DNA of 24,542 nucleotides from a virus (IMGVR_UViG_3300032303_000159:1-24542), one strand, 5' to 3'; shown: positions 14,158-23,428, numbered from the stretch's first letter. Notes: generated from the letters alone by a model not told the origin. Numbers and translations: made by a program.

Positions 14158-16239
14158 ATGAATTTAGACGTAAAAATAAATATTAATAAACTTATGAACT
14201 CCCCTAACATTGCAGAGATGTTAGATCAAAGGGATCTTACTACCATAGGTTTTAATGTTATTACAGAGTTTAACTTAGACAAAGACTCTCGTTCACAGTG
14301 GGAAAGACGTGTAGAAACTGCTATGAAGTTAGCTCTTCAAGTAGCAGAAGCTAAGTCATTTCCATGGACTAATGCATCAAACATTAAGTTTCCATTAGTT
14401 ACTATTGCAGCATTACAGTTCCATAGTAGAGCTTACCCTGCTTTAATACCAAGTGACCAAGTAGTTAAAGTAGATCATGACTCTACAACAAATCCAGATC
14501 CAAGAGCAGTAAAAGAAATAGAAGACCGTAACCTTCGTGTTGAGAAACACATGAGTTATCAGTTATTAAAACAAGATGAGTCTTGGGAATCAGAGATGGA
14601 TAAAGTACTTATCACAGTACCTATCGTCGGTTGTGCTTTTAAGAAAACATACTGGGACTTTAATGAAGATCATCCAGTATCAGAAAATGTACTAGCAAAA
14701 GACTTTGTTGTTTCTTATTGGACAAAAAACTTAAAAGATTGCAATCGTCAATCTCACATTCTTTACCTTTCACAAAATGATGTTATCTCAAGACAACGTA
14801 GAGGCATCTGGTCAGATTTTCAACTTAGACCTCAACAAACAGTAGTTGGGGATAATTTATCTGAAGCACAAGATTTAGCTCAAGGCAATCATCAACCACA
14901 ATCAGATCCAGGAACTCCATATGAGTTCATCGAACAACATCGTTGGGAAGATTTAGATGGTGATGGTTATAAAGAGCCATACATTATTACAGTGCATAAA
15001 GAATCACGTAAAGTGGTTAGAGTAGTAGCAAACTACTTTGAAAGTTCAATTAAGAGAAATAGCAAGGGTGAGATTTTAAATATTAAACCTGAAAGTTATT
15101 TTACTAAATACCCATTCATTCCATCACCTGACGGTGGTTTCTATGATATTGGTTTTGGTATTCTACTAGGACCTCTTAATGAATCTATCAATACAATTAT
15201 TAACCAACTTGTTGATGCTGGTACTATGGCTAACACTGCTGGCGGATTCCTCTCAAGGGGAATTAAAATTAGGGGAGGCAACTATAATTTTGCTCCTATG
15301 GAGTGGAAGCATGTTGATTCAACTGGTGAAGACCTAGCTAAAGGTATTTACCCACTACCAGTTCGTGAACCAAGCAACGTATTATTTACATTACTACAAA
15401 CCTTAGTTAACTATGGTGAACGTATTGTAGGCTCTACAGACATTATGGTAGGTGAGAATGTAGGTCAGAATACTCCTGCAGAAACATCACGTACTATGGC
15501 AGAACAAGGTATGAAAGTATTTGCTGGTATTTTTAAACGTATCTATCGTTCATTAAATGAAGAAGTACGTAAAGTATATCGCTTAAATCAACTCTACTTA
15601 CCTGAAGAAGTTAAATTTGCAGGTGGTGCTGTATTAGCATCTGACTACCAAACAGATAGTACAGACTTACGTCCTGCAGCAGATCCGCATGTAGTATCTG
15701 ATGTACAACGAGTTATGCAAGCTGAGACATTAAAACAAACTGCATTAAGTACACCAGGATTTAATGTATACAAAGTTATGAGACGGTACCTTGAAGCACT
15801 CAAGATACCTAATATCGAAGAAGTTCTACCAGATCCTCAAGGTCCTAACGCTATTCAAAGCGGTCCAGATGTTAAGGTTCAAGTTGAGCAAATTAAAGCC
15901 CAAGAACGTAAACTTTCACTTGAGACTAAGTTCAAACTTGGTGTCATGAAGTTACAACAAGAGGCTGAGTTAAACAAGGCTAAGATACTTAAGATGGAAG
16001 CAGAAGCATCTAAAGCTTTAGAAGAAGCTGGAGGTATTCAAGCAGGTCATGATATCGCTATGCTTCAAACTAAGTTAGGTGCGGCTAAAGCTCATCAAGA
16101 AGGTATCTTGAAGTCTATTGAGATGATGATGAAAGCAACCGAGGGAGCAGTAAATTATGACAGTAACGCAACAGGAATTCTTGGATTGGATGGAACATCC
16201 AGCAACCAAGGCACTCAAGAAAGCCCTACACAACGATAG
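14158..16239 (+). CDS. Portal protein
   Basis: 693 aa directly after TerL; KSFPWTNASN motif and a long C-terminal coiled coil like P22-type portals. Confidence 0.88.
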   Translation: MNLDVKININKLMNSPNIAEMLDQRDLTTIGFNVITEFNLDKDSRSQWERRVETAMKLALQVAEAKSFPWTNASNIKFPLVTIAALQFHSRAYPALIPSDQVVKVDHDSTTNPDPRAVKEIEDRNLRVEKHMSYQLLKQDESWESEMDKVLITVPIVGCAFKKTYWDFNEDHPVSENVLAKDFVVSYWTKNLKDCNRQSHILYLSQNDVISRQRRGIWSDFQLRPQQTVVGDNLSEAQDLAQGNHQPQSDPGTPYEFIEQHRWEDLDGDGYKEPYIITVHKESRKVVRVVANYFESSIKRNSKGEILNIKPESYFTKYPFIPSPDGGFYDIGFGILLGPLNESINTIINQLVDAGTMANTAGGFLSRGIKIRGGNYNFAPMEWKHVDSTGEDLAKGIYPLPVREPSNVLFTLLQTLVNYGERIVGSTDIMVGENVGQNTPAETSRTMAEQGMKVFAGIFKRIYRSLNEEVRKVYRLNQLYLPEEVKFAGGAVLASDYQTDSTDLRPAADPHVVSDVQRVMQAETLKQTALSTPGFNVYKVMRRYLEALKIPNIEEVLPDPQGPNAIQSGPDVKVQVEQIKAQERKLSLETKFKLGVMKLQQEAELNKAKILKMEAEASKALEEAGGIQAGHDIAMLQTKLGAAKAHQEGILKSIEMMMKATEGAVNYDSNATGILGLDGTSSNQGTQESPTQR

Positions 16240-16381
16240 GGAGTACATGAAAGAACAACTTGTCAGAGGTTTAAGTTCTGATGAGAATGAAATAAGAGGT
16301 AGATGTAACGCAATATTAAATATCCTTAGTGTAACTTATGAGGATTTAGTAGAAGGAGCAAGAGAAGATGCAAAATACTAG
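16157..16381 (+). CDS. Hypothetical protein (74 aa)
   Basis: GGAG RBS; overlaps the portal 3' end by 83 nt; WMEHP motif, helical. Confidence 0.7.
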   Translation: MTVTQQEFLDWMEHPATKALKKALHNDREYMKEQLVRGLSSDENEIRGRCNAILNILSVTYEDLVEGAREDAKY

Positions 16382-16676
16382 TGGAATCCATCCAAAGGGT
16401 CACAGAGTTTTAATACTCCCAGATCCAGTGGAAGAAGTAACACAGAGCGGTATTATTTTGTCAGTCGGTGAAAATAGAGATAGGGAAAGACTAGCACAAC
16501 TAAAAGGTACTATTGTCGAATTAGGCAATACTGCATGGTTAGACCAACCAAGCCCCTGGGCTAATGTTGGAGATCATGTAATTTTTGGTAAGTACTCAGG
16601 CCTAATCTATCAAGGCGATGATGACAAAGAATACCGAATCATAAATGATTTAGATGTTGTAGCATTAGTTGATTAA
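16368..16676 (+). CDS. groES: GroES/Cpn10-like co-chaperonin
   Basis: HPKGHRVLI, mobile loop TQSGIIL, GTIVELG, VGDHVIFGKYSG and YRIINDLDVVA. Confidence 0.9.
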   Translation: MQNTSGIHPKGHRVLILPDPVEEVTQSGIILSVGENRDRERLAQLKGTIVELGNTAWLDQPSPWANVGDHVIFGKYSGLIYQGDDDKEYRIINDLDVVALVD

Positions 16677-16686
16677 AGGAAAACAA

Positions 16687-17550
16687 ATGTCAGAAGAAAA
16701 ACAAGTAGAGCAACAAGAAGCAAGTACTGAGCAAGAAGTCCAACAAGTAGATCCACAGACTGAAAAAGAAGCCCGTATATTTGGTTGGGTTCCTAAAGAA
16801 GAGTTTAGAGGTTCTGATTCTGATTGGGTAGATGCAGATGTATTTGTTAAACGTGGTAAAGAGATTAATCCTATTCTCCGTAAGAATAATGAATTACTTA
16901 TGAAGAAGCTGGACGCTAGTGCTAAAGAAATTGACAGCATTAAAGCATCCGTTGAAGAGTTCAAGAAGTTCCAAAAGGAATCATTTGAACGTAAGTCCGC
17001 TGAGTATGAAGTTCAAATCGCTCAGTTAAAGACACAAAAACGAGACGCAATTGCAGCAGGGGATGGCGATAAGGTAGTTGATATTGACGACCAAATCGAT
17101 TCATTAAAAGAAGCTCAGAAGGAAAATAAACTGGAAGCGGCTAAAAAGCCAGAGCCAGTTAAAACTGAAGCTCAAGCTAGTGTACCTGATGATCCAGAAT
17201 TACAAAGTTGGTTAGGCAGAAATCAGTGGTTTGGTGAAGATACCGAAATGACTGATATGGCTAATGGACTAGGAGCATCTGTACGTAAGCAATTCCCTCA
17301 CCTTTCTGGTCGTGCTTTTTTAGACAAGCTTGATGAAAAGATTGTGGAGTATTTCCCTCAAAAAGCCTTAGGCAATAAAGCTAAGGGTAGTGCAGTAGAT
17401 TCTACTGGTAACGTTAGGGGAGGTACATCATCTGGTAAGAAGTCTTATGACAACCTACCTAATGACGCAAAAGAAGCTTGCGATCGATTCATTAAAAATG
17501 GATGGATCAAATCTAAACAAGAATATGTCGAATCATACGACTGGAGCTAA
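16687..17550 (+). CDS. Probable capsid scaffolding protein
   Basis: Acidic N-terminus and long coiled coil, between portal and capsid genes; start at ATG 16687 (AAGGA RBS). Confidence 0.65.
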   Translation: MSEEKQVEQQEASTEQEVQQVDPQTEKEARIFGWVPKEEFRGSDSDWVDADVFVKRGKEINPILRKNNELLMKKLDASAKEIDSIKASVEEFKKFQKESFERKSAEYEVQIAQLKTQKRDAIAAGDGDKVVDIDDQIDSLKEAQKENKLEAAKKPEPVKTEAQASVPDDPELQSWLGRNQWFGEDTEMTDMANGLGASVRKQFPHLSGRAFLDKLDEKIVEYFPQKALGNKAKGSAVDSTGNVRGGTSSGKKSYDNLPNDAKEACDRFIKNGWIKSKQEYVESYDWS

Positions 17551-17561
17551 GGAGAACAATT

Positions 17562-18056
17562 ATGGCTAAAGCATTAACAATTGAAGAGAAAAAAGAACAG
17601 GCACTTACTAGAAACGCAAATGAACGTCCTACACGTGAGCGTGTTAGAAATGTTTTTAATGGCACTCAAGCTAAGTTAACTGTTAACAACCAAATCCCTG
17701 GATACCACCTACACATCTTTAATGATGAACCAGGTAGGATTCAGACCGCAACAGATGGTGGTTGGGAGTTTGTAACCCCTGATGAAGTGGGCGGTGTAAA
17801 AGATAGTGTTACGTCTGGCAATACAGACTTAGGAGATAAGGTAAGATACCTAGTTGGTACAAGCGAGAAAGGTGATGGTCTTTATGCATACTTGATGAAA
17901 ATCAAGGAAGAGTGGTGGCAGCAAGATCAAGATGAGACACAAAAACGTAATGATCGCGTAGATGAAGCTATCCGTGGTGGTGTAAATGTTGCAAGTGGTA
18001 CGTCCACTGAAGGCTTTTATACTCCTAAGGGTGGTATTAACTACAAAACAAAATAA
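17562..18056 (+). CDS. Head-module hypothetical protein
   Basis: AAGGAG RBS; lies between scaffold and capsid genes. Confidence 0.75.
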   Translation: MAKALTIEEKKEQALTRNANERPTRERVRNVFNGTQAKLTVNNQIPGYHLHIFNDEPGRIQTATDGGWEFVTPDEVGGVKDSVTSGNTDLGDKVRYLVGTSEKGDGLYAYLMKIKEEWWQQDQDETQKRNDRVDEAIRGGVNVASGTSTEGFYTPKGGINYKTK

Positions 18057-18080
18057 CTTTAATTTCTAAAAGGAAATAAA

Positions 18081-18704
18081 ATGGCTAACGCAAATACCCC
18101 TCGTGGACTTAGCCCAGTAGGTACAATTACTGGTGCTCCGTACAACGAACAGGGTCGCCTTTACGCTATTGCTAACGACGCTTCTAACACTTACGCTATT
18201 GGCGATGTTGTTAAAGTTGCAACAGGCAGTGACGCAAATGGTGTACCTTATGTAAACAAAGCGGCTACTACTGATACACCAGTTGGTGTTATTGTAGGTA
18301 TCCGCGTATCAGATCCAGGTGTATCTCTTGTAGGTACAACATTGGCTCTAAACACAATCTATCTACCACTTAGCTCAGGTACTCGCTACGCTTATGTAGT
18401 TGATGATCCGAATGTTATTTTCGAAGTAGAAGGTGATGCTACAGGTGTAGCTGCTGCTGACGTATTCAAACTTGCTGGTTTAACAATTACTGCTAACCAA
18501 ACAACTCTTGCAATGTCTGCACCGCTATCAAACACAGTATTGAACGCTTCTTCATTCCTTGCTTCTAGTGCTTCTGGCTCTTTAGCATTGCCATTACAAA
18601 TTATTGGTCTAACACAAGCAGTTAATAATGCTGCTGGTGCTTATGCTAATGCATTAGTAAAATGGAACAAGCATCAATTCCTCAACCCAGTTGGCACGGC
18701 TTAA
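18081..18704 (+). CDS. Probable capsid cement/decoration protein
   Basis: A/G/T/V-rich beta protein immediately upstream of the major capsid gene; IGDVV and VVDDPN motifs. Confidence 0.6.
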   Translation: MANANTPRGLSPVGTITGAPYNEQGRLYAIANDASNTYAIGDVVKVATGSDANGVPYVNKAATTDTPVGVIVGIRVSDPGVSLVGTTLALNTIYLPLSSGTRYAYVVDDPNVIFEVEGDATGVAAADVFKLAGLTITANQTTLAMSAPLSNTVLNASSFLASSASGSLALPLQIIGLTQAVNNAAGAYANALVKWNKHQFLNPVGTA

Positions 18705-18719
18705 TAAGGAGAATATAAC

Positions 18720-19634
18720 ATGGCTGGTATTATAACAACCGCTTCACATCCGAAGGCTCTATGGCCTGGGATCAAAGCATGGTGGGGTCAAGTCTACGAT
18801 GAACATCCAGAAGAATATTCTAAATTGTTCGATAGTGACACTTCACGTCAAAACTATGAAGAAGATGTACAACTTACAGGTTTCGGTTTAGCTCCAGTTA
18901 AATCCGAAGGTTCTGGAGTTTCATACGATTCAGAAGTTCAAGGTTTCACAACACGATACACTCACGTTGCTTACGCACTTGGTTATATCGTAACAAAAGA
19001 AGAGTTAGATGACAACTTGTATGAACAAGTATCACGTCGTAGAGCTGCAGCATTAGCAATGTCTTTCCGTCAAACGAAAGAAAATATTGGTGCTAACATC
19101 TACAACCGTGCATTTAACGGCACATACTTAGGTGGTGACGGTGTTGCTTTATGTTCTACAGCACATCCTAACACATCTGGTGGTACTTTTGCTAATAAGC
19201 CTTCAGTAGATGCAGATCTTTCTGAAGCTTCTTTAGAAGATGCTTTGACAGCTTTAATGGGTTTCCAAAATGACCGTGGTCTTTTGATCAATGTTATGCC
19301 GAAATCTTTAATTGTTGCTCGTCAAAACTTCTGGAATGCTAACCGTATTCTTAAGTCAGCATATACACCATCAACAGCAAATAATGCAGTGAACGTTTTA
19401 GTGGCTACAAATGCGTTACCAGAAGGTATCGTAATGAACCACTATTTATCTTCACCTAATGCATGGTTTGTAAGAACTAACATCCAAAACGGTCTCAAGT
19501 ACTACTCACGTGTTGGTATTCAATTTGATCAAGACAATGATTTTGATACAATGAATGCTAAGGCTAAGGGTTACGAAAGATACTCATTTGGCTGGACAGA
19601 CCCTAGAGCAATCTACGGTGTTAACGGTCCTTAA
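18720..19634 (+). CDS. Major capsid protein (HK97 fold, Mu gpT-like)
   Basis: 304 aa; GFGLAPVKSEG, GGDGVALCSTAHP, AWF and ERYSFGWTDPRAIYG; strong AAGGAG RBS; followed by a terminator-like hairpin. Confidence 0.88.
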   Translation: MAGIITTASHPKALWPGIKAWWGQVYDEHPEEYSKLFDSDTSRQNYEEDVQLTGFGLAPVKSEGSGVSYDSEVQGFTTRYTHVAYALGYIVTKEELDDNLYEQVSRRRAAALAMSFRQTKENIGANIYNRAFNGTYLGGDGVALCSTAHPNTSGGTFANKPSVDADLSEASLEDALTALMGFQNDRGLLINVMPKSLIVARQNFWNANRILKSAYTPSTANNAVNVLVATNALPEGIVMNHYLSSPNAWFVRTNIQNGLKYYSRVGIQFDQDNDFDTMNAKAKGYERYSFGWTDPRAIYGVNGP

Positions 19635-19653
19635 TTAGGACTATATGAGATGT

Positions 19654-19690
19654 AGAGGGGACGAGTTAAAGTTCCCTCTTATCTTTACTT
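19654..19690 (+). terminator. Probable intrinsic terminator after the major capsid gene
   Basis: AGAGGGGAC-8 nt-GTTCCCTCT stem followed by T-rich TATCTTTACTT. Confidence 0.55.
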
Positions 19691-19700
19691 AGGAGTTAAA

Positions 19701-19760
19701 ATGTCATATCCAATAGAAGAAAAAAAAGGTAAACGCCCACCTGTCAAAAAGGGTAAATAA
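19701..19760 (+). CDS. 19-aa basic peptide
   Basis: AGGAG-5 nt-ATG; MSYPIEEKKGKRPPVKKGK. Confidence 0.55.
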   Translation: MSYPIEEKKGKRPPVKKGK

Positions 19761-19831
19761 TTTAATTGTTCTCTGATGACGCTTAGAGATAAGCGTTGTT
19801 AAAAAACATAACAACGTCAAAGGAGATTTAT

Positions 19832-20545
19832 ATGGGTAATCCAACAAGATTTACAAGTGGAGTAGGTACAGCTTACCAAGGTGAAACATTAGGTAACTAT
19901 CCTCTTCCAGATCCGTTTCATACTGGTAGTACACAAGGTTTAGGTATTTCAATTTATGAAAATGACTTTAACACACTTATTGGTACTGATTATACAGTAA
20001 CTGGTTCTTCATCAACATTTACATTGTCAAGTACAATCGTTGGTGGTGCAGGTGTATTAACACCAGGTGCAGCTACAACAGCTACAGCTGCTTACAAAGC
20101 GGGCTCATTCTTACAATTCCAAGCTGGTAATCAGTTCTGGTATGAAGCACGATTTAAAGCATCAGCTGTATCAAGTACTAAGTCATTCTATGTAGGTTTA
20201 CGTAATGGTTCAGGTGTAACTGATGGTTTATGGTTTGCTAAAGCAGCATCATCAACATCTGTTAACTTAGTATCAACAGTAGGTTCTACAGCTACTACTT
20301 TAGTAACTGGCGTAGCAACAGCTACAGCAGATACATGGCTTAACTTAGGTTTCTATTATGATGGTACTGATCTACTAGTCTATTCAGACAATGCTTTAGT
20401 AGCTCGTGTTTCATCTCCAACAATTGGTACTTCAGGTACAACATTATCAAGTGTGCTAATGGGCCCTGTTTTCCAAATTACTCCAACAGCAACTGATACA
20501 TTAACTGTTGATTTCGTTTTAGCTGCTCAAGAACTAGTACGCTAA
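19832..20545 (+). CDS. Virion structural protein (beta-sandwich/lectin-like)
   Basis: Start MGNPTRF with AAGGAG RBS; T/S/G-rich; WYEARFK and LGFYYDG patterns. Confidence 0.65.
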   Translation: MGNPTRFTSGVGTAYQGETLGNYPLPDPFHTGSTQGLGISIYENDFNTLIGTDYTVTGSSSTFTLSSTIVGGAGVLTPGAATTATAAYKAGSFLQFQAGNQFWYEARFKASAVSSTKSFYVGLRNGSGVTDGLWFAKAASSTSVNLVSTVGSTATTLVTGVATATADTWLNLGFYYDGTDLLVYSDNALVARVSSPTIGTSGTTLSSVLMGPVFQITPTATDTLTVDFVLAAQELVR

Positions 20546-20557
20546 TAGGAGAATAAC

Positions 20558-20974
20558 ATGGCTAATTCAGTTCAGATTCAAACGTTAGTTGATAGTGAAC
20601 GTAACTTAGTTGTTAAATTAGTTGGTATTTTAGATACAAGTAACGTAAGTTTAGCTACATTAATTGATCCAGCACTTGTTGCTGCAGTTAATGCTTCAGG
20701 TTTAAACTCACAACAACCTACTAAAATAGCAATTAAAAAAGTAACTTATGACGTAGAAGATGGCTTAGCTGTTAACCTTTATTGGGATGCCACAGCAGAT
20801 GTTCCTATCTGGAGATTTGTAGGTAGGGGATTTGTAATGGGAGAACACATTGGTTTCTTACAAAATAATGCTGGTGCAGGTGTGACTGGTAAAGTTTTAT
20901 ATGACACAGACGGTTATTCATCAGGCTCTTTATCATTCAGTTTATTGATTGAATGTATTAAACAATGGACTTAG
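20558..20974 (+). CDS. Structural-module hypothetical protein
   Basis: AGGAG RBS; beta-rich sequence. Confidence 0.7.
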   Translation: MANSVQIQTLVDSERNLVVKLVGILDTSNVSLATLIDPALVAAVNASGLNSQQPTKIAIKKVTYDVEDGLAVNLYWDATADVPIWRFVGRGFVMGEHIGFLQNNAGAGVTGKVLYDTDGYSSGSLSFSLLIECIKQWT

Positions 20975-20975
20975 T

Positions 20976-21326
20976 ATGGAACAAATCATAGGATTATTAT
21001 TCTTTGCACGTAATGTTACGCACATTGAACATTTAAAGACTAAAAGTTATGCTAAACACAAAGCTCTTGGTCATTTCTATGATGATGTTATTGATTTAGC
21101 AGATAAACTTGCAGAAGCGTATCAAGGGGATCAAGGTCTCTTAGGAGACATCCCCTTATATGCTAAGTTACCAGATTATGCAATTGATGTATTCTTAGAG
21201 AAACAACTTAAGACTATTGATGAACTGCGTAAAGATGCAACAGATAGATCAGCTATTCAAAACATTATTGACGAAGTTGTTGAGTTATATTTGAGTACAC
21301 TTTATAAGTTAAGGAATTTATCATGA
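20976..21326 (+). CDS. Ferritin/Dps-like four-helix protein (resembles DUF5856 from recall)
   Basis: THIEHL...SYAKHKALGHFYD...DKLAEAYQG and TLYKL match Dps-like spacing of H/D/E ligands. Confidence 0.7.
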   Translation: MEQIIGLLFFARNVTHIEHLKTKSYAKHKALGHFYDDVIDLADKLAEAYQGDQGLLGDIPLYAKLPDYAIDVFLEKQLKTIDELRKDATDRSAIQNIIDEVVELYLSTLYKLRNLS

Positions 21327-21478
21327 TCACTTCTGATGCTAAAGTAAAACAAATGGAGATCTCTGCTATTGTTACAAGAGCGGATGGAACTATTGAAAAT
21401 CTTGGAACAATTCAATATTGGCACAAGAACCCTTTTAAACGTATTATATGGAGAATTAAAAAATGGCTACACTATTAG
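21323..21478 (+). CDS. 51-aa hypothetical protein
   Basis: ATGA overlap, AAGGA RBS; MITSDAKVKQMEISAIVTRADGTIENLGTIQYWHKNPFKRIIWRIKKWLHY. Confidence 0.7.
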   Translation: MITSDAKVKQMEISAIVTRADGTIENLGTIQYWHKNPFKRIIWRIKKWLHY

Positions 21479-21828
21479 TAAACACAGGTAAAGCTGTAGT
21501 TACAAACCGTATCAAAGGCTCTGGAACTGAACCTTCCTATGTTGCTTGGGGTACAGGTGCTGGAACTACTGCTGCTACTGATACAACTTTATTTACTGAA
21601 ACTGGTACTAGAGTTGCAGGTACATCAACACAACAAACAACTACTACAACAAGTGATACATATCAAGTTGTAGGTACACAAACAGCAGGTTCTAGCTTAA
21701 CTATTACTAACGCTGGTTTGTTTGATGCATCTACATCAGGTAACTTATTTGTTAAAGGTGACTTTTCTGGTATCGCATTAACATCTGGCGATAGCATTCA
21801 GTTCACATTCAAAACACAATTTAGTTAA
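21463..21828 (+). CDS. Tail/fibre-associated structural protein
   Basis: YVAWGTG, ITNAGLFDA and GDSIQFT motifs resemble tail-collar/fibre subunits; Thr-rich. Confidence 0.6.
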   Translation: MATLLVNTGKAVVTNRIKGSGTEPSYVAWGTGAGTTAATDTTLFTETGTRVAGTSTQQTTTTTSDTYQVVGTQTAGSSLTITNAGLFDASTSGNLFVKGDFSGIALTSGDSIQFTFKTQFS

Positions 21829-21849
21829 TAAGATTGGGGGGCCTGAGCT

Positions 21850-22677
21850 ATGGCTCTAAATCAATCAGCAATTAACGTAAAAGTAATAAACGGGGCTGAG
21901 ACTACACAGTTTAGTCAAGCCCTGAATGTTACTGCTACAGTTACTGCTTCGTTCTTACGAGCATTAAGTGCTATTAAATCTATAGTTAGTACGACTACGT
22001 CTACACTTATTAGAAGTTTTGTATATATGAAGACTGTTACAACGTCTTTAGTTACAAGTATAGTTTCAATAGCTCAAACAGGTCGTGGTAAAATATTAAC
22101 AGTATCTTCTACTAGTTTAAATACATTAGTTAATAGACTATCTTTACTTAGAACTTTAGTTGCTACTAGTACTATAGTTCAAACGCTTCAAAGAACTTTT
22201 GGTAAACTTGTTTTACAAGCAGAGGTAACAGTAGCTACAATACTAACAGCTACTAATAGACTTGTAACATTATTAGCTTATTCAACAGCTACATCTAGTT
22301 TTACAAGAGCAATAGCTTTTAAAGTATCTACAGCTTTATCTACAGTAACTGCTACTTTAACTAGAACTAAAACTTTAGTAAGAACAATTACAGCTACCCT
22401 AGTTAGTTCTATCAGTACATTAATAGCAGTTAAATTATATTATCAAATTTTAACTGTAATATCTACAACAACTTCTACTTTAGTAAAATTAGTAGGAAAA
22501 CCATTGACAATTTCTGTAAATTGTGGTATTATATTAAGTAAGCTCGTTTATAAAACACTTACTGTTCTATCTACAGTATCTTCAAGTATTATTAAAAGTG
22601 CTATATCTTTTACAAGATACCCAGTAAATAGACTTATGTATGCTGCTACAAGAATAAGAAAAGTCTTTTACCTATAA
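21850..22677 (+). CDS. Repetitive Thr/Ser/Val/Leu-rich basic structural protein
   Basis: Degenerate ~18-21 aa repeats; only 2 acidic residues. Confidence 0.65.
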   Translation: MALNQSAINVKVINGAETTQFSQALNVTATVTASFLRALSAIKSIVSTTTSTLIRSFVYMKTVTTSLVTSIVSIAQTGRGKILTVSSTSLNTLVNRLSLLRTLVATSTIVQTLQRTFGKLVLQAEVTVATILTATNRLVTLLAYSTATSSFTRAIAFKVSTALSTVTATLTRTKTLVRTITATLVSSISTLIAVKLYYQILTVISTTTSTLVKLVGKPLTISVNCGIILSKLVYKTLTVLSTVSSSIIKSAISFTRYPVNRLMYAATRIRKVFYL

Positions 22678-22689
22678 GGATCTGTTTAA

Positions 22690-23001
22690 ATGAGTGCAGC
22701 TTTTTCATATAAAATTACTTTAGAGAATGAACAGTTTACCTTTGACTTTTCTACAATAATGTCAACAGGAGAGACGATCTCTTCAGCTACTTGTGTAGTA
22801 CAAGTTAGAGATGGCGTTGATGCTAATCCTAATGCAATACTTCTAGGTAGTCCTGTAGTAAGTGGTCAACTAGCTGCTCAACGTATTTATAATGGATTAG
22901 ATGGTGTCATTTACCGAATTGAAATGACAGCAGTATCATCTTTAGCTAACACTTATACTATTGTAGCAGACTTACCAGTATTAGCTCCACTTAACGTTTA
23001 G
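22690..23001 (+). CDS. Probable fibre-tail adaptor protein
   Basis: K..E.FTFDF...GETISSA...GxDGxxY Ig-like adaptor pattern; AAGGA RBS. Confidence 0.55.
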   Translation: MSAAFSYKITLENEQFTFDFSTIMSTGETISSATCVVQVRDGVDANPNAILLGSPVVSGQLAAQRIYNGLDGVIYRIEMTAVSSLANTYTIVADLPVLAPLNV

Positions 23002-23010
23002 GAGATAACT

Positions 23011-23424
23011 TTGAGTTATACCTCTAGATACGATAATGGAGATTGGATAGCAGACTGTGATGTCTGTGGTCGTAAATATAAAGCTAGTGCCTTAAGTCAA
23101 CGTTGGGATGGTTTAATGTGTTGTGATGACGATTGGGAAATACGTCAACCACAAGACTTTGTAAGAGGTGTACCTGATACTCAGATAGCTCCATGGTTAA
23201 GACCAGAACCTCCAAATAGCTTTATACCAGTTACTTTGTCACAAGGCATGACAAACACAGGTCCTTCAATAAGTACAACAACTCTAGTACCTTTTGTTGT
23301 TTATGCTCCTTGGAATCCACATTTTTATAGTACAGTAACAGCAACTCTATCATACGCTAGAGTACTTCCAGCAACACTAACAGCACTTAATGGCTCGGCA
23401 ATTAACACTAAAACTTTAGGATAA
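23011..23424 (+). CDS. Cys-containing structural-module protein
   Basis: CDVCG...WDGLMCC...RQPQDF...PWLRPE; AGGAG RBS with TTG start. Confidence 0.7.
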   Translation: MSYTSRYDNGDWIADCDVCGRKYKASALSQRWDGLMCCDDDWEIRQPQDFVRGVPDTQIAPWLRPEPPNSFIPVTLSQGMTNTGPSISTTTLVPFVVYAPWNPHFYSTVTATLSYARVLPATLTALNGSAINTKTLG

Positions 23425-23428
23425 TATT

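Noticed and set aside
12317-19291. Minus-strand and nested ORFs within the HNH, terL, scaffold and capsid genes
   Set aside because: Shadow ORFs of strongly supported plus-strand genes.
19719-19730. A-run as a programmed frameshift into the downstream gene
   Set aside because: Both shifted frames hit stop codons before 19832.
19773-19800. CTGATGA followed by a hairpin, resembling a hammerhead ribozyme core
   Set aside because: The required GAAA after stem II is absent (TTGT follows). The similar CTGA-GGAC...GTCC-GAA at 9992-10010 on the minus strand lacks the NGA of the core.
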